The position numbers were made by a program, and so were the translations under genes. The notes under the pieces were generated by a model, which saw only the letters and a program-made list of their open reading frames with translations, was not told where the DNA came from and did not search any database. Shown here piece after piece: positions 19,247 to 29,112 of a stretch of DNA of 64,000 nucleotides. Origin of the DNA: Bacilli bacterium (GTDB lineage: Bacteria > Bacillota_I > Bacilli_A > RFN20 > CAG-826). Numbering within the stretch: position 1 is the stretch's first letter; every line of letters starts with the position of its first letter. The DNA is taken from assembly GCA_045117995.1 (NCBI GenBank), contig JBGUOH010000003.1, positions 32,374 through 96,373 on the forward strand. The letters run 5' to 3'.

Positions 19247-20419
19247 ATGTGTAGAAAGAAACAGAAGACAGATAATGTCCCAATGACCAACTACGTGGTT
19301 TCAGGCAACCATGAAGATGGCAAGTTAGTAGAATTACCATCTAACGTTGAAAAGATCAGATTAGAAACTGATAACAAGAATTTATTCTATCGTGCCTACG
19401 GTGCTTTTAAGAATCCAGATACCAAACTCATTTTATCCGCTCCTGGATGTGAAATGATGATTCTTAGAGATGGTGTGGCTAGTGAACCTTTAGGAAATGG
19501 TTCCTATCCAGCCTTTGGTGAAGATGATTTTGAATATAAGAAAAAATGCTTATTTGGAAAACCAAAGAAACAAGTTAAAGGTAACGTCATGTTTGACGTC
19601 ATCGTCTTTAACCAAAACCTTTCTTATGAAGGTTTCTGGGGTATTCCAAATCCAATCCCATATCGTGATCCAGAAACAGATATCCCAGTGGATATCAGAG
19701 GTCGTGGTAAATACGACATTAGAATTGCTGATGTAAAGAAATTCTTCGAAAGAGTCGTCGGTAGTAACCGTGACTTTAAGATGGAAGACTTATTAGAAAG
19801 AATTAATGATCATGTTGTCCATATTCTTAAAGGCGAATTAACCAAAGTCATTCATGACCATCACTTAGGATATATTGATTTACCATTACATGAAGCAGAA
19901 GTAGCAGAGGCTATTCAACCACTTGTGTCTGAAATGTTGAATGAACAATATGGTTTATTCTGTCCATTGTTCTCCGTTGAACAATTCTTCATCGATGAAG
20001 AACAACGTGCAGAAATCGAAGCCTTCCTTAAAGCTAATAGAGATGAAAAGAAATTCAAAGCCGACGCTAAAGAAATTGCTGCCGAACTTGAAAGACTTGA
20101 TGATAAAGAATGGGAAAGAACAAAGTTCCTTATCGCTTTAAGAAGAGAAGACGAATCCAAGTATTTAGAAGTTATCAAACTCTTAGGTTATCCAGATAAC
20201 CCATCATACGCTCAAGAAGCTAAGAAAGCCGCTGCAGAAGCAGCCAAAGACGTTGCTAAGAGATTCTGTCCAAAGTGTGGTGCAGAAGTCGTTAGAGGCG
20301 AACCATTCTGTCCACAATGTGGTGAAGCTTTAGCGCCAATCGAAAGAAAATGCCCATATTGTGGCAAGACCATCAAGAGTAAAGGCAAATACTGCCCACA
20401 TTGTGGTAGGGAGCTTTAG
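19247..20419 (+). CDS. SPFH/Band-7 (PF13421-type, B. subtilis YdjI-like) protein with C-terminal tandem zinc ribbons
   Basis: 'WGIPNPIPYRDPETDIPVDIRGRGKYDIRIADVKKFFERVVGS' closely matches the YdjI-family core; C-terminus has 'CPKCG...CPQCG...CPYCG...CPHCG'. Confidence 0.65.
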   Translation: MCRKKQKTDNVPMTNYVVSGNHEDGKLVELPSNVEKIRLETDNKNLFYRAYGAFKNPDTKLILSAPGCEMMILRDGVASEPLGNGSYPAFGEDDFEYKKKCLFGKPKKQVKGNVMFDVIVFNQNLSYEGFWGIPNPIPYRDPETDIPVDIRGRGKYDIRIADVKKFFERVVGSNRDFKMEDLLERINDHVVHILKGELTKVIHDHHLGYIDLPLHEAEVAEAIQPLVSEMLNEQYGLFCPLFSVEQFFIDEEQRAEIEAFLKANRDEKKFKADAKEIAAELERLDDKEWERTKFLIALRREDESKYLEVIKLLGYPDNPSYAQEAKKAAAEAAKDVAKRFCPKCGAEVVRGEPFCPQCGEALAPIERKCPYCGKTIKSKGKYCPHCGREL

Positions 20420-20422
20420 TTT

Positions 20423-21160
20423 ATGCGTTGCCCAAAATGTGGCGCTAACGTGCCAGACGGTAAGAGCAAATGCCCTTACTGCTTTTCACCATTAAACGCA
20501 TATTCTGAACCAGTTCCTAATCGTGCTAATTATGCATCTGTGAGTCCTGCTGCTCAAAGTCAAAGACCATCTCTCCAAGCAAGTGTTCCTGATATTTATG
20601 ACAAAAATGTCCGTGGAATAGTTATCGTCAACAAACCAGAGGGTACTGGTACAGGATGTATAATTTCTAAGGATGGCCTTATCTTAACTAATGCGCATAT
20701 GGCATTTAGTAAGAAAGAAAAAGCTTTTTACTCCGCTGTGGAAGTTATCATTGATAATGTTTCATACACTGGTCAACTAATAAATGCTAATGTCCCACAT
20801 GGGGATAATGACGTTGCTTTGCTCAAAGTTGATGGTACATTTGATCATATTTTAAAGTTTGGTGATTCATCAACCCTTAGAAACGGTGATGAAGTCATTG
20901 CTATTGGTAATTCATTGGGCTTGGGTATGAGCGTCGCTCGCGGCATTGTCTCTGACACACGAAAGAGTGTCGAGGGTTCAATATTGATTACAAGTGACGT
21001 GGCCACTAACCATGGTAACTCAGGCGGTCCATTATTTAATACACGTGGTGAAGTTATCGCCCTTTGTGTTTCCGGTATAGACGGCGCTAAAGGCATGAAT
21101 TTTTTCATTCCAATCAATCGCGTTCTCGATATTTTAGCAGCATGGGGGTATAAATTCTAA
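20423..21160 (+). CDS. zinc-ribbon + trypsin-like (S1/HtrA-like) serine protease
   Basis: N-terminal 'CPKCG...CPYC'; protease motifs 'LTNAHM' (His), 'DVALLKV' (Asp), 'GNSGGPLFN' (Ser); 245 aa; start 4 nt after the SPFH-gene stop. Confidence 0.65.
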   Translation: MRCPKCGANVPDGKSKCPYCFSPLNAYSEPVPNRANYASVSPAAQSQRPSLQASVPDIYDKNVRGIVIVNKPEGTGTGCIISKDGLILTNAHMAFSKKEKAFYSAVEVIIDNVSYTGQLINANVPHGDNDVALLKVDGTFDHILKFGDSSTLRNGDEVIAIGNSLGLGMSVARGIVSDTRKSVEGSILITSDVATNHGNSGGPLFNTRGEVIALCVSGIDGAKGMNFFIPINRVLDILAAWGYKF

Positions 21161-24100
21161 TGCCAGAAATTCTCATCAAGTGTCCGCACTGTGGTGGTGA
21201 GAAGTTAGTTGATCAGAATGAAGAATTTGTAAAATGCCAGTACTGTCATAAAACATTCCCTTTGAGGGAATCAAAAACTGGCCTTAACGCTCAATTACAA
21301 AGTCAAATTAATGACGCTATTAATAAGAGAAACAAGTTTGAATTTAATGAAGCAACAATCATTCTAGAAGATCTTGTTTCTACTTACCCTGATGTCGCGG
21401 AGATATATTTCCAATTACTCCTTTCGGATTATGGTATTTCTTATGTAAGTGAAGATAGTAACATTACAGAGAAGCCAGTAATTTCTAGTGTCCAAAAGGA
21501 ATCAATATTCTCTAAAGAGTATTACCATAAACTAGAATCTCTTTTAAGTGAGTTGCCAAGCACACTTAAAAACTATAAAGAGCGATTAGAGGAGATTGAA
21601 AAACTCCGTGAAGAATCACTCAAGACAATGAAAGAAATCGAACCTTTCGATATCTTTATTTGTTATAAAAGAACAACAGGTGACAGTGGTTTAACATTTG
21701 ATAGTAAAACCGCTGATAAGTTATATAGAAAGTTTTCTGAATGGGGACTTAATGTCTTCTATGCTGAAGAAACTCTCTATCGTAAATACGCTGGTAAAGC
21801 CTTCGAACCAGTTATTTGTAGTGCTTTATTAAGCGCTAAGTTATTTGTCTTGGTGTGTGCCACACCAGATCATAAAGAATATCTCTTAGCCCCTTGGGTT
21901 AAAAACGAATGGGCTAGATTTAAAAAGAGAGTGGAAAACGAAGTGGACGTTAAATTACGTTTACTCCCTGTCTTTGATAATGGCTTCACTCCAGAAAAAT
22001 TACCACGTGAATTAGAAGGCATTGAAGGCATTAAATTGGACGATGAATTTGATAACAACGTCTATAGCCTTATTAGTTCTTTAATTCCAAAGGAAAAGAA
22101 GAGCAAATTTAATGAAATTAAAGTCCAAGCCAATAAAGTTGGTTCTTTATCCGTTAAGAAAGAAGAAATCGTTGCTAGAAAGTTTACAGGCTTTAAAGAA
22201 AAAGAATTAAACAATTTAGAAAAGACTGACTTCAATATGGCGGTTGCTGATATGAAGATTAACAATAACAGCAAATACAAAGCCGCCTATAAGAAGTTAT
22301 GTCGTTTAACAGAAACTAATAAGTTTAACTTTGAAGCTAACTTAGCAAAGCTAAAATGTAACTTTAAGATTCCTAATGATGATAGTTTGGTTAACACATC
22401 ATTATGGAGAGTTGATGACATCAACCGTATGAATAATGACTTCCTCGCTTTAATGGAAGCGGGTGGTGAAGACTGCGCTAGAGTGAGAAAAGCCATGGTG
22501 CAGATGCTTAAGAAGTCATTCAATGATAATCCAAACAAATTCGCTAGTGAGTTAAAGAAAGAAGAAAGTACATTCTTAACCATTGCTAAAACATTTGAAG
22601 ATAGAAATGAAATGTTTGATTATGCAGTGGAGTTTGAAAAACCATACTTTGATTTACTCAATAACCGCGCTCAACACTCTAAACTTAAAGACGATGATAT
22701 TTTAAACATCGCTAATAAGTTATTTAGACGTATCTACTCTAACTATGAAGAAAAGGGTGCTCATCAAATCTTTAACTTATACCTTAGATCTTTCAAAATC
22801 TTATCCGCAGGCAATAAGAAAGAAAATAAGCACCTCGTGGATGAGTTTATTGACCTAGCGTTAGAGATTAACAAGTTAGATGTTGACTGCCTATGGTATC
22901 GATTCTGCTTCGATCTAGACTGCTTAGGGGCTAATGAATTTACCCTTGCTAAGAAGCTAAAGAAAGAAAACTTCGTGGAGTTCGATATCAAGAAAAAGAC
23001 TATCGATGATAAGCTTAAAAAAGCTAATCTCTATTACTTCATGATTAAGGCTATTGAAAGTGGCTATAAAATGGACTTCACTAGTCCATCATGTAATAAC
23101 AACTATTTCAATACCATCTTAAAAGCCACATGCATCATGGTTAATAAGAAAAAGAATAAGGAAATCACTAAAAAGATATTCACTCTTCTTGCTTCTTTAA
23201 CCGGCAGTGGTTCCACGAGTGACGCTAATACAATTAAGTTATTAATGACCATCGGTGATCGTTTATTACTCGAAAAGAGATATAAAGAAGCCAAACGTTA
23301 TTATGAAGAAATACTAAATATTGATGAAACTGATTGTGAAGCAAGATGGGGTATCGTTAAATGCGATATTAAGAAACCATCTAACTACAGCGTTTTATTC
23401 TATAGAAAATCACTTAATGATGTCCCATCATTTAGAATGCTTATCGCTGTTCACGATGAAAAACATCCTGACGAAGTAGACCATTATTTAGCGTTCTATC
23501 AAGCTATTGAAGCCATCAAGGGCGAACGCAGCAAAACCAATAGGCAACTCAAAAAAGCTTTTAAGAATAATCATCAGAGATTGATGAAAATAGATTTCCC
23601 ATATGATACACCTGTGAAAGATATCATCATCTCTATTGGTAATGGTACATTAGCTCAACAAGCCTTAAAGCCTAAGAGAGCGCCAAAACAATCTTCACAA
23701 GGCACATATAATAATCCAACTCACTATTCTTTCGCTAAAGAAAGAGTGAGCCTGGTATTCAATATCTTGTTCATATTAACCGCATTTGTGTCAGTGATTT
23801 TGCTAAAACCAGAATCTTCTTTCGTAGCGATATTTGCTTTAGCAATCATCGCAGCGATTATGTCGAGGGCCGGGTATGGTCATTTAGCGACAGGTAGAAG
23901 TCCATATAAGCCATTAATCATTGTCTTTGGCGTATTGTCGTTCATACCATATATCGTGGTTATTAGTATTCTATTTACCTCTAATGCAAATGCGATCAAT
24001 GACATAACTAAAACACAAGCGTTTGTTTACTTTGTGGTTGGTTTAGTATTCGCATTCATTTACTTCCTACTCACAATTATTAGAAAAACAAAACCAAGTT

Positions 24101-24351
24101 CTCAAGATATGGATAATTCCAATGTCTTCACTTATTACCTATTGAAGTTTATGGCGATTACCGGTTCTGTATTAGGTGGTTTCTATGCTTCAATGTCCAT
24201 TGGTGATACTGGGACGATATTTGGTATCACATTAGATACTTCTAATGTCTTCGTTAAATTCATGGTAACAGCTGGTCATCTTTACTTAATACCTGTTCTC
24301 TTTGTTTTAACGAATTTGATTTTAAGACTTATTAGGGGGCGTGGATTATGA
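21160..24351 (+). CDS. zinc-ribbon - TIR domain - long helical region - C-terminal multi-pass membrane domain protein
   Basis: N-terminal 'CPHCGG...CQYC'; TIR-like 'FDIFICYKR...NVFYAEE...LLAPWVKNEWARF'; last ~300 aa strongly hydrophobic (several TM helices); 1063 aa; overlaps flanking genes. Confidence 0.55.
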   Translation: MPEILIKCPHCGGEKLVDQNEEFVKCQYCHKTFPLRESKTGLNAQLQSQINDAINKRNKFEFNEATIILEDLVSTYPDVAEIYFQLLLSDYGISYVSEDSNITEKPVISSVQKESIFSKEYYHKLESLLSELPSTLKNYKERLEEIEKLREESLKTMKEIEPFDIFICYKRTTGDSGLTFDSKTADKLYRKFSEWGLNVFYAEETLYRKYAGKAFEPVICSALLSAKLFVLVCATPDHKEYLLAPWVKNEWARFKKRVENEVDVKLRLLPVFDNGFTPEKLPRELEGIEGIKLDDEFDNNVYSLISSLIPKEKKSKFNEIKVQANKVGSLSVKKEEIVARKFTGFKEKELNNLEKTDFNMAVADMKINNNSKYKAAYKKLCRLTETNKFNFEANLAKLKCNFKIPNDDSLVNTSLWRVDDINRMNNDFLALMEAGGEDCARVRKAMVQMLKKSFNDNPNKFASELKKEESTFLTIAKTFEDRNEMFDYAVEFEKPYFDLLNNRAQHSKLKDDDILNIANKLFRRIYSNYEEKGAHQIFNLYLRSFKILSAGNKKENKHLVDEFIDLALEINKLDVDCLWYRFCFDLDCLGANEFTLAKKLKKENFVEFDIKKKTIDDKLKKANLYYFMIKAIESGYKMDFTSPSCNNNYFNTILKATCIMVNKKKNKEITKKIFTLLASLTGSGSTSDANTIKLLMTIGDRLLLEKRYKEAKRYYEEILNIDETDCEARWGIVKCDIKKPSNYSVLFYRKSLNDVPSFRMLIAVHDEKHPDEVDHYLAFYQAIEAIKGERSKTNRQLKKAFKNNHQRLMKIDFPYDTPVKDIIISIGNGTLAQQALKPKRAPKQSSQGTYNNPTHYSFAKERVSLVFNILFILTAFVSVILLKPESSFVAIFALAIIAAIMSRAGYGHLATGRSPYKPLIIVFGVLSFIPYIVVISILFTSNANAINDITKTQAFVYFVVGLVFAFIYFLLTIIRKTKPSSQDMDNSNVFTYYLLKFMAITGSVLGGFYASMSIGDTGTIFGITLDTSNVFVKFMVTAGHLYLIPVLFVLTNLILRLIRGRGL

Positions 24352-25526
24352 GAAAAAGATCATTAATATTATTAGCGCTCAGCGCTATTGCTCTTACATC
24401 ATGCTCCTATAATCCATTCAATGAATTCACAGGCATTAACTTTACTTTTGGTAGTGGAATTAATGTCCTACAAAACCACAAGTATCTATTCTGGGAAGAC
24501 AATGATAAGTGTTCTGGCTATGAAATTTATCTTTACAACGACACTTCATCAAGTGACGAACCAATTCTAAGAACGTCAGATCATTTCGTTGAAGTTCAAG
24601 ATGGATGGGTAGGTAATAAGATTAAAGTTGTTGGCTACACATACGACATGAAAAACATTACCAGTCTTTTTGATATCAAAAAGAAAACCGTTGTCTCATC
24701 AAGTAAAATCAAAGTTACTACTAATAAAGTTCCTTCTTCAAGTGGTACCTCATTGATCGTTAATAATTCATATTTGCAAGAGCAATTAGGAACTAAGGGG
24801 TATGGCGCTATCAAGATTCCTAATACTGTCACGTATGTTGAAATTAGAGATATAACAAATAATTACCATCCTACTTTCATTTTTGATGCAAGAGATGATG
24901 GTGATGTTGTGAAGATTGAACTTCGTAGTTCAACTCTAGTTGGCACTAACGATTTATTTGGCCCATCTGTTTTCCGTTATAATGGAACAAATAAGGATGT
25001 GAATTTCTATATTAGAGTCTGTGGCAAAAATACAATAACTGCGCCTAATTTATCAAGTGATACTGGATCCGCGATTGATTTACCAAGAGTTACTTTCTAC
25101 GATTATTACGATTATTCAGAAGATAATAAAGCAGAACTAACTGTTACTGGTGGCGTTTCTGCTAATAAGAATATTAGCTCTGGTTATGCAATTAAGGCTG
25201 ATAGGGTAGTCAGTTATCTTTCTCCATCAGTGATTAAACTAATTGGTGGAGCGGGCTTTGCCGCTATCACAAATGGTGATAACGGTGGTACTGGTCAAAT
25301 GCCTATTGAACCACATGCTCAAATCTACGCTACCCAAAAGAACGCTATTGGCATACAAGCCGGTAATGGTGGCAAAGGCGGCAGTGTTGGTAGAGGTGGT
25401 AAGGCCTATGGCTATAAGTATCTTTCTGAAATTACATATAAGAAGTACGCTAGTTCAATCTACCGTATCAAAGAAGCTTCAGTGGGTACAGGTGGCATTG
25501 CTAGCGGCACTTATATTAGTAACTAA
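24348..25526 (+). CDS. secreted lipoprotein with Gly-rich C-terminus
   Basis: Signal peptide and lipobox 'ALTSC'; 'GNGGKGGSVGRGGKAYGY' near C-terminus; start overlaps stop of the TIR-membrane gene. Confidence 0.5.
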   Translation: MRKRSLILLALSAIALTSCSYNPFNEFTGINFTFGSGINVLQNHKYLFWEDNDKCSGYEIYLYNDTSSSDEPILRTSDHFVEVQDGWVGNKIKVVGYTYDMKNITSLFDIKKKTVVSSSKIKVTTNKVPSSSGTSLIVNNSYLQEQLGTKGYGAIKIPNTVTYVEIRDITNNYHPTFIFDARDDGDVVKIELRSSTLVGTNDLFGPSVFRYNGTNKDVNFYIRVCGKNTITAPNLSSDTGSAIDLPRVTFYDYYDYSEDNKAELTVTGGVSANKNISSGYAIKADRVVSYLSPSVIKLIGGAGFAAITNGDNGGTGQMPIEPHAQIYATQKNAIGIQAGNGGKGGSVGRGGKAYGYKYLSEITYKKYASSIYRIKEASVGTGGIASGTYISN

Positions 25527-25549
25527 GAATTAAACGCTTTATCAGACGA

Positions 25550-25577
25550 AAAGCATCAATAACATTGGTGCTTTTTA
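25550..25577 (+). terminator. putative rho-independent terminator after lipoprotein gene
   Basis: 'gcatcaat-aac-attggtgc' stem (one G-U pair) followed by ttttt. Confidence 0.45.
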
Positions 25578-25700
25578 TATATTTAAAAAATTGGCCAAAT
25601 AACATTTAAGCGTGGAAAAACAGACATAAATAGTTAAAATCGTTAAAAAAAGTAACACTTTTATATATTTATATGTATAATATTAGAGCAGGTAACAATT

Positions 25701-27059
25701 ATGTTTAGATTAAATTCAATTAAATTCCATAACTTCAGAAACATCCTTGATAGTGAAATTAACTTGAACACTAAAGAACTTAGCACACCATTAGGTGGCG
25801 CTATTGCGGGTATCTACGGTACTAATGGTTCTTCCAAGTCTAGCGTTGGATACGCCTTGTGCTATTTGTACAAACAAGCTTTTGATTTGTCACCAGCATT
25901 TTTTCATAATTTTGATAATGACTTTGGTATCTCAGATGACTATGTTTCTTTAGAATACGATTTCTCGTTTGCCCACGAAGACTATGAAGGTTTGATTATT
26001 AGATTTGTTTGGAAAAAGAACTCTGAGACAAAAAAGGTCTATATTTGTGAAGAGTCCATAACTTTTAAAACGAATAAAAAAGGAAAGCCATATTCATACA
26101 CAGTTAGTAAAACTGATAATAGTCTCGAATATCTAATTCCAGATAACGATGCCAAACGACTTTGCGATTTTTTCTCAGTCGATGAAAAGATGCTTTATAG
26201 ATTGTATAGTACCTCTGTTGATGGATCATATTCAATGCTCTTAAATCTCAAAAGCTTGCAAGCCATCATCGCTTATTTGCAAGAAAGAAAACCAGCTGAT
26301 TTTGAATTAAATAATAACTTTTCTTATCTATCTTTTTTTGCTCATAGTCTTTTCTCCTCGACTGCATTCATTATGCCTGATTCTTATGGCGCTAGTATCA
26401 CTAATAATTTATTCCTTTCATATGGTGATAAAGAAACGCCTTTATCCGCTTTAAACAAAGATCAAACGGGCACAATTTTTGCCACTGAGCAACAATTAAA
26501 AGCAATTGAAAGTATTGTGGCAACAAGCAACAAATTCATGAAAAAAGTTGTTTCTGATTTCGAAGTGACTATCGATAAAGAATTGCAAGAAACAACCGCT
26601 GACGGTATTAAAAAATACCGTGTTCAATTCATGTCCAACAAAAAAGAAGGAAGCTTCTTATTTGAAAACGAGAGTGAAGGTATTAAGAGATTGTTTAACA
26701 TTGCTGTCTCTCTCGCTAGATGTATGAATGAACCAGACTTCATCGCGTTCATTGATGAGTTTGATGAAGGCGTTTTTGAAGTGCTTTATGGTGAACTTAT
26801 TAATGGCTTGAACAAACAATGTATGGGCCAGCTCATTTTTACGTCTCATAATTTAAGACCATTAGAAGTATTGAATTATAAGAACTTTATTTTCTCAACA
26901 TTAAATCCAAAGAATAGATTTGTGACATTAAAGGGTGTTAAACCACAAAACAACCTTAGAGATATCTATATTAGAAAAATTATGTATGGTGGAAACGATG
27001 AGTTATCTTCATCTATTGATGACGATGACATCATCGAAGGTTTGATTGATGCCAAGTGA
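25701..27059 (+). CDS. AAA_21/ABC-type ATPase, paralog of 7901..9277 (degenerate Walker A)
   Basis: 'GIYGTNGSSKSS' (Walker A with Gly-to-Ser), 'IAFIDEFDEGVFE' Walker B, 'FTSHNLRPLEVLNYKNF...NNLRDIYI' C-terminus clearly homologous to 'FNSHNMRILEKVDYKNF...NNLRDMYY' of the first ATPase. Confidence 0.6.
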   Translation: MFRLNSIKFHNFRNILDSEINLNTKELSTPLGGAIAGIYGTNGSSKSSVGYALCYLYKQAFDLSPAFFHNFDNDFGISDDYVSLEYDFSFAHEDYEGLIIRFVWKKNSETKKVYICEESITFKTNKKGKPYSYTVSKTDNSLEYLIPDNDAKRLCDFFSVDEKMLYRLYSTSVDGSYSMLLNLKSLQAIIAYLQERKPADFELNNNFSYLSFFAHSLFSSTAFIMPDSYGASITNNLFLSYGDKETPLSALNKDQTGTIFATEQQLKAIESIVATSNKFMKKVVSDFEVTIDKELQETTADGIKKYRVQFMSNKKEGSFLFENESEGIKRLFNIAVSLARCMNEPDFIAFIDEFDEGVFEVLYGELINGLNKQCMGQLIFTSHNLRPLEVLNYKNFIFSTLNPKNRFVTLKGVKPQNNLRDIYIRKIMYGGNDELSSSIDDDDIIEGLIDAK

Positions 27060-27807
27060 GGAAATTACAGGATCTTTTTCCACTCCCCTTATTGTGGTTA
27101 TAGGGGAGGGACCAAGCGATATACAATATTTAGAGCCGCCTTTAAAAGCCTATTACTCTAAGAAATATGGCGTGAAGTGTAAACTTATCACAATCAGTGA
27201 TGTGACAAGTGATCCTAATTACACAGATGCACAGTTAATGGATCTCCTTCCTGCATTTATTGAAGGAGAACTAAAAAGACCTATCAATAAAATTGATAAA
27301 GAAATAGCTGCCAATATTAAAGAAATAATTCAGATTATCGATATAGATGAAGCGTTTATTGATGATAGTTTAATTAGAGAAGATAAGACAAAAGATAAGT
27401 TCTTCTACACAAGAAACGGGATTGAGTATAAAAACATTGAGACTGTCAAAGAGAGAAATCGAAGAAAACAAAATAGAATAGCAACGCTCAGAACCACAGA
27501 AACAGTTAACGTCTTTGGATACGATATTCCATACACGTTATTATTCTTTTCCATCAACATTGATGATTTTCATTATCCGAACGCATTAAATTGGACACAA
27601 GAAAAAAAGAATCTACAAGCAGCAATGTTTGCTAGAAGAAACTATTATTCGAAAGATGATGACGCTAAGATTGAAACTTTTAAAGCGTTATTTGATAAAA
27701 ACCCAACAGATTTTCCGAATAATATCCAGGATGCATGGGACTATGTTTCTAGAGACAACAACTGCTTAAAAACTTGTTCGAATGTAATTTATAAAATTAA
27801 AGAGTAA
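27046..27807 (+). CDS. TOPRIM/DUF4435-like small protein, paralog of 7201..7893
   Basis: 'VVIGEGPSD' and 'IIQIIDIDEAFIDDSLI' versus 'LVEGATD' and 'IIQIIDTDGCFLSDSLI' in the first copy; 14-nt overlap with upstream ATPase. Confidence 0.55.
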   Translation: MMPSEEITGSFSTPLIVVIGEGPSDIQYLEPPLKAYYSKKYGVKCKLITISDVTSDPNYTDAQLMDLLPAFIEGELKRPINKIDKEIAANIKEIIQIIDIDEAFIDDSLIREDKTKDKFFYTRNGIEYKNIETVKERNRRKQNRIATLRTTETVNVFGYDIPYTLLFFSINIDDFHYPNALNWTQEKKNLQAAMFARRNYYSKDDDAKIETFKALFDKNPTDFPNNIQDAWDYVSRDNNCLKTCSNVIYKIKE

Positions 27808-27808
27808 A

Positions 27809-27834
27809 GGAACGCGGGGGTGCGTTCTTTTTTC
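27809..27834 (+). terminator. rho-independent terminator after second ATPase/TOPRIM pair
   Basis: 'gaacgc-gggggt-gcgttc' hairpin followed by ttttttc. Confidence 0.5.
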
Positions 27835-27870
27835 TTTTTAATGCGTATACATAATGCTAGACTTATACGC

Positions 27871-29082
27871 ATGAATGAAGACTTATTAAAACAATACGAA
27901 TATTACAAATCACTTAAGTTAAACATTAATATGTCCAGAGGTAAACCATCCCCTGAACAATTAGATTTATCTTTACCTATGCTTGATATTGTTAATTCTA
28001 AGACAACATGCATCGATGAAGATATCGATTGCCGTAACTATAGTGCTTTAGAAGGTATTCCAGAAGCTAAAAGGTTATTCGCGGAGATTATGGAAATCCC
28101 AGTGGAGAATACCATTGTCTGTGGTGCTTCTTCTTTAAACATCATGCATAACTTATTAGTGAAGTCTATGCTTGTGGGTCTTCAAGGTGGTGTTCCATTC
28201 TTAAAACAAGAAAAACTCAAATGGTTATGTCCTGTTCCTGGCTATGACAGACATTTCGCGATGACTGAATATTTTGGTTTTGAAATGATTAATATCCCAA
28301 TGGATGATAATGGTCCAGATATGGATATGATTGAGGAGTATATTAAAGATCCAACAGTTAAAGGTATTTGGTGTGTTCCTAAGTATTCTAATCCAACAGG
28401 TATTATCTTTTCTGATGAAGTAATTAGAAGATTCGCTAAACTTAAACCAGCCTCTAAAGACTTTAGAATTTATTGGGATAACACATACACATCTCAACTA
28501 TCTTTCAACGGTGAAGAAGAACCAGTCTTAAATATTTATGATGAATGTTTAAAGAATGGCACTGAAGATTTAGTGTATATCTTCGCTTCTACTTCTAAGA
28601 TGACATTCCCTGGCAGTGGTGTTTCAGCATTAGGCTGTAGTCTTAATAACAAAAAAGATTATTTAAGTTACTTACAATATCAAACAATCTGCTTTGATAA
28701 GTTAAATCAATTAAGACACGCGGAGTTCTTAAAAGATAAAGAAACAATTATCAAACATATGAAGAAACACGCGGCAATCTTAAAACCAAAGTTTGAAACA
28801 GTATTATCAATCTTTGAAGAAGAACTTAAAGGTATTGCGACATTCACTAAACCAACAGGTGGTTACTTCATCTCCTTATATGTTCCAGGTATCGCTAAAG
28901 AAGTGGTGGCTAAATGTAAAGAGTTAGGTGTCACACTCACATCCGCGGGTAGTGCGTATCCATACGGAAAAGATCCTGATAACTCACATATTAGAATCGC
29001 TCCAACGTTTGTGTCTTTAAAAGAGTTAGAGACCGCTACGAGGGTGTTGTGCTTAGTTACTAAGCTATTAAGCAATAAATAA
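27871..29082 (+). CDS. PLP-dependent aminotransferase-family protein
   Basis: ORF track starts at 27820 but that overlaps the upstream terminator; likely start 'MNEDLLKQYEY' at 27871. 'YIFASTSKMTFPGSG' PLP-Lys-like motif. Confidence 0.55.
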   Translation: MNEDLLKQYEYYKSLKLNINMSRGKPSPEQLDLSLPMLDIVNSKTTCIDEDIDCRNYSALEGIPEAKRLFAEIMEIPVENTIVCGASSLNIMHNLLVKSMLVGLQGGVPFLKQEKLKWLCPVPGYDRHFAMTEYFGFEMINIPMDDNGPDMDMIEEYIKDPTVKGIWCVPKYSNPTGIIFSDEVIRRFAKLKPASKDFRIYWDNTYTSQLSFNGEEEPVLNIYDECLKNGTEDLVYIFASTSKMTFPGSGVSALGCSLNNKKDYLSYLQYQTICFDKLNQLRHAEFLKDKETIIKHMKKHAAILKPKFETVLSIFEEELKGIATFTKPTGGYFISLYVPGIAKEVVAKCKELGVTLTSAGSAYPYGKDPDNSHIRIAPTFVSLKELETATRVLCLVTKLLSNK

Positions 29083-29084
29083 TA

Positions 29085-29112
29085 AAAACGTTCCTTATCT
29101 TGGAACGTTTTT
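29085..29112 (+). terminator. rho-independent terminator after aminotransferase
   Basis: 'aacgttcc-ttatct-tggaacgtt' followed by ttttc. Confidence 0.55.

Noticed and set aside
27820-27870. ORF-track start of the aminotransferase at 27820 (MRSFFFLMRIH...)
   Set aside because: This stretch is the upstream terminator hairpin plus T-run. A conserved-looking start 'MNEDLL' at 27871 is more plausible.
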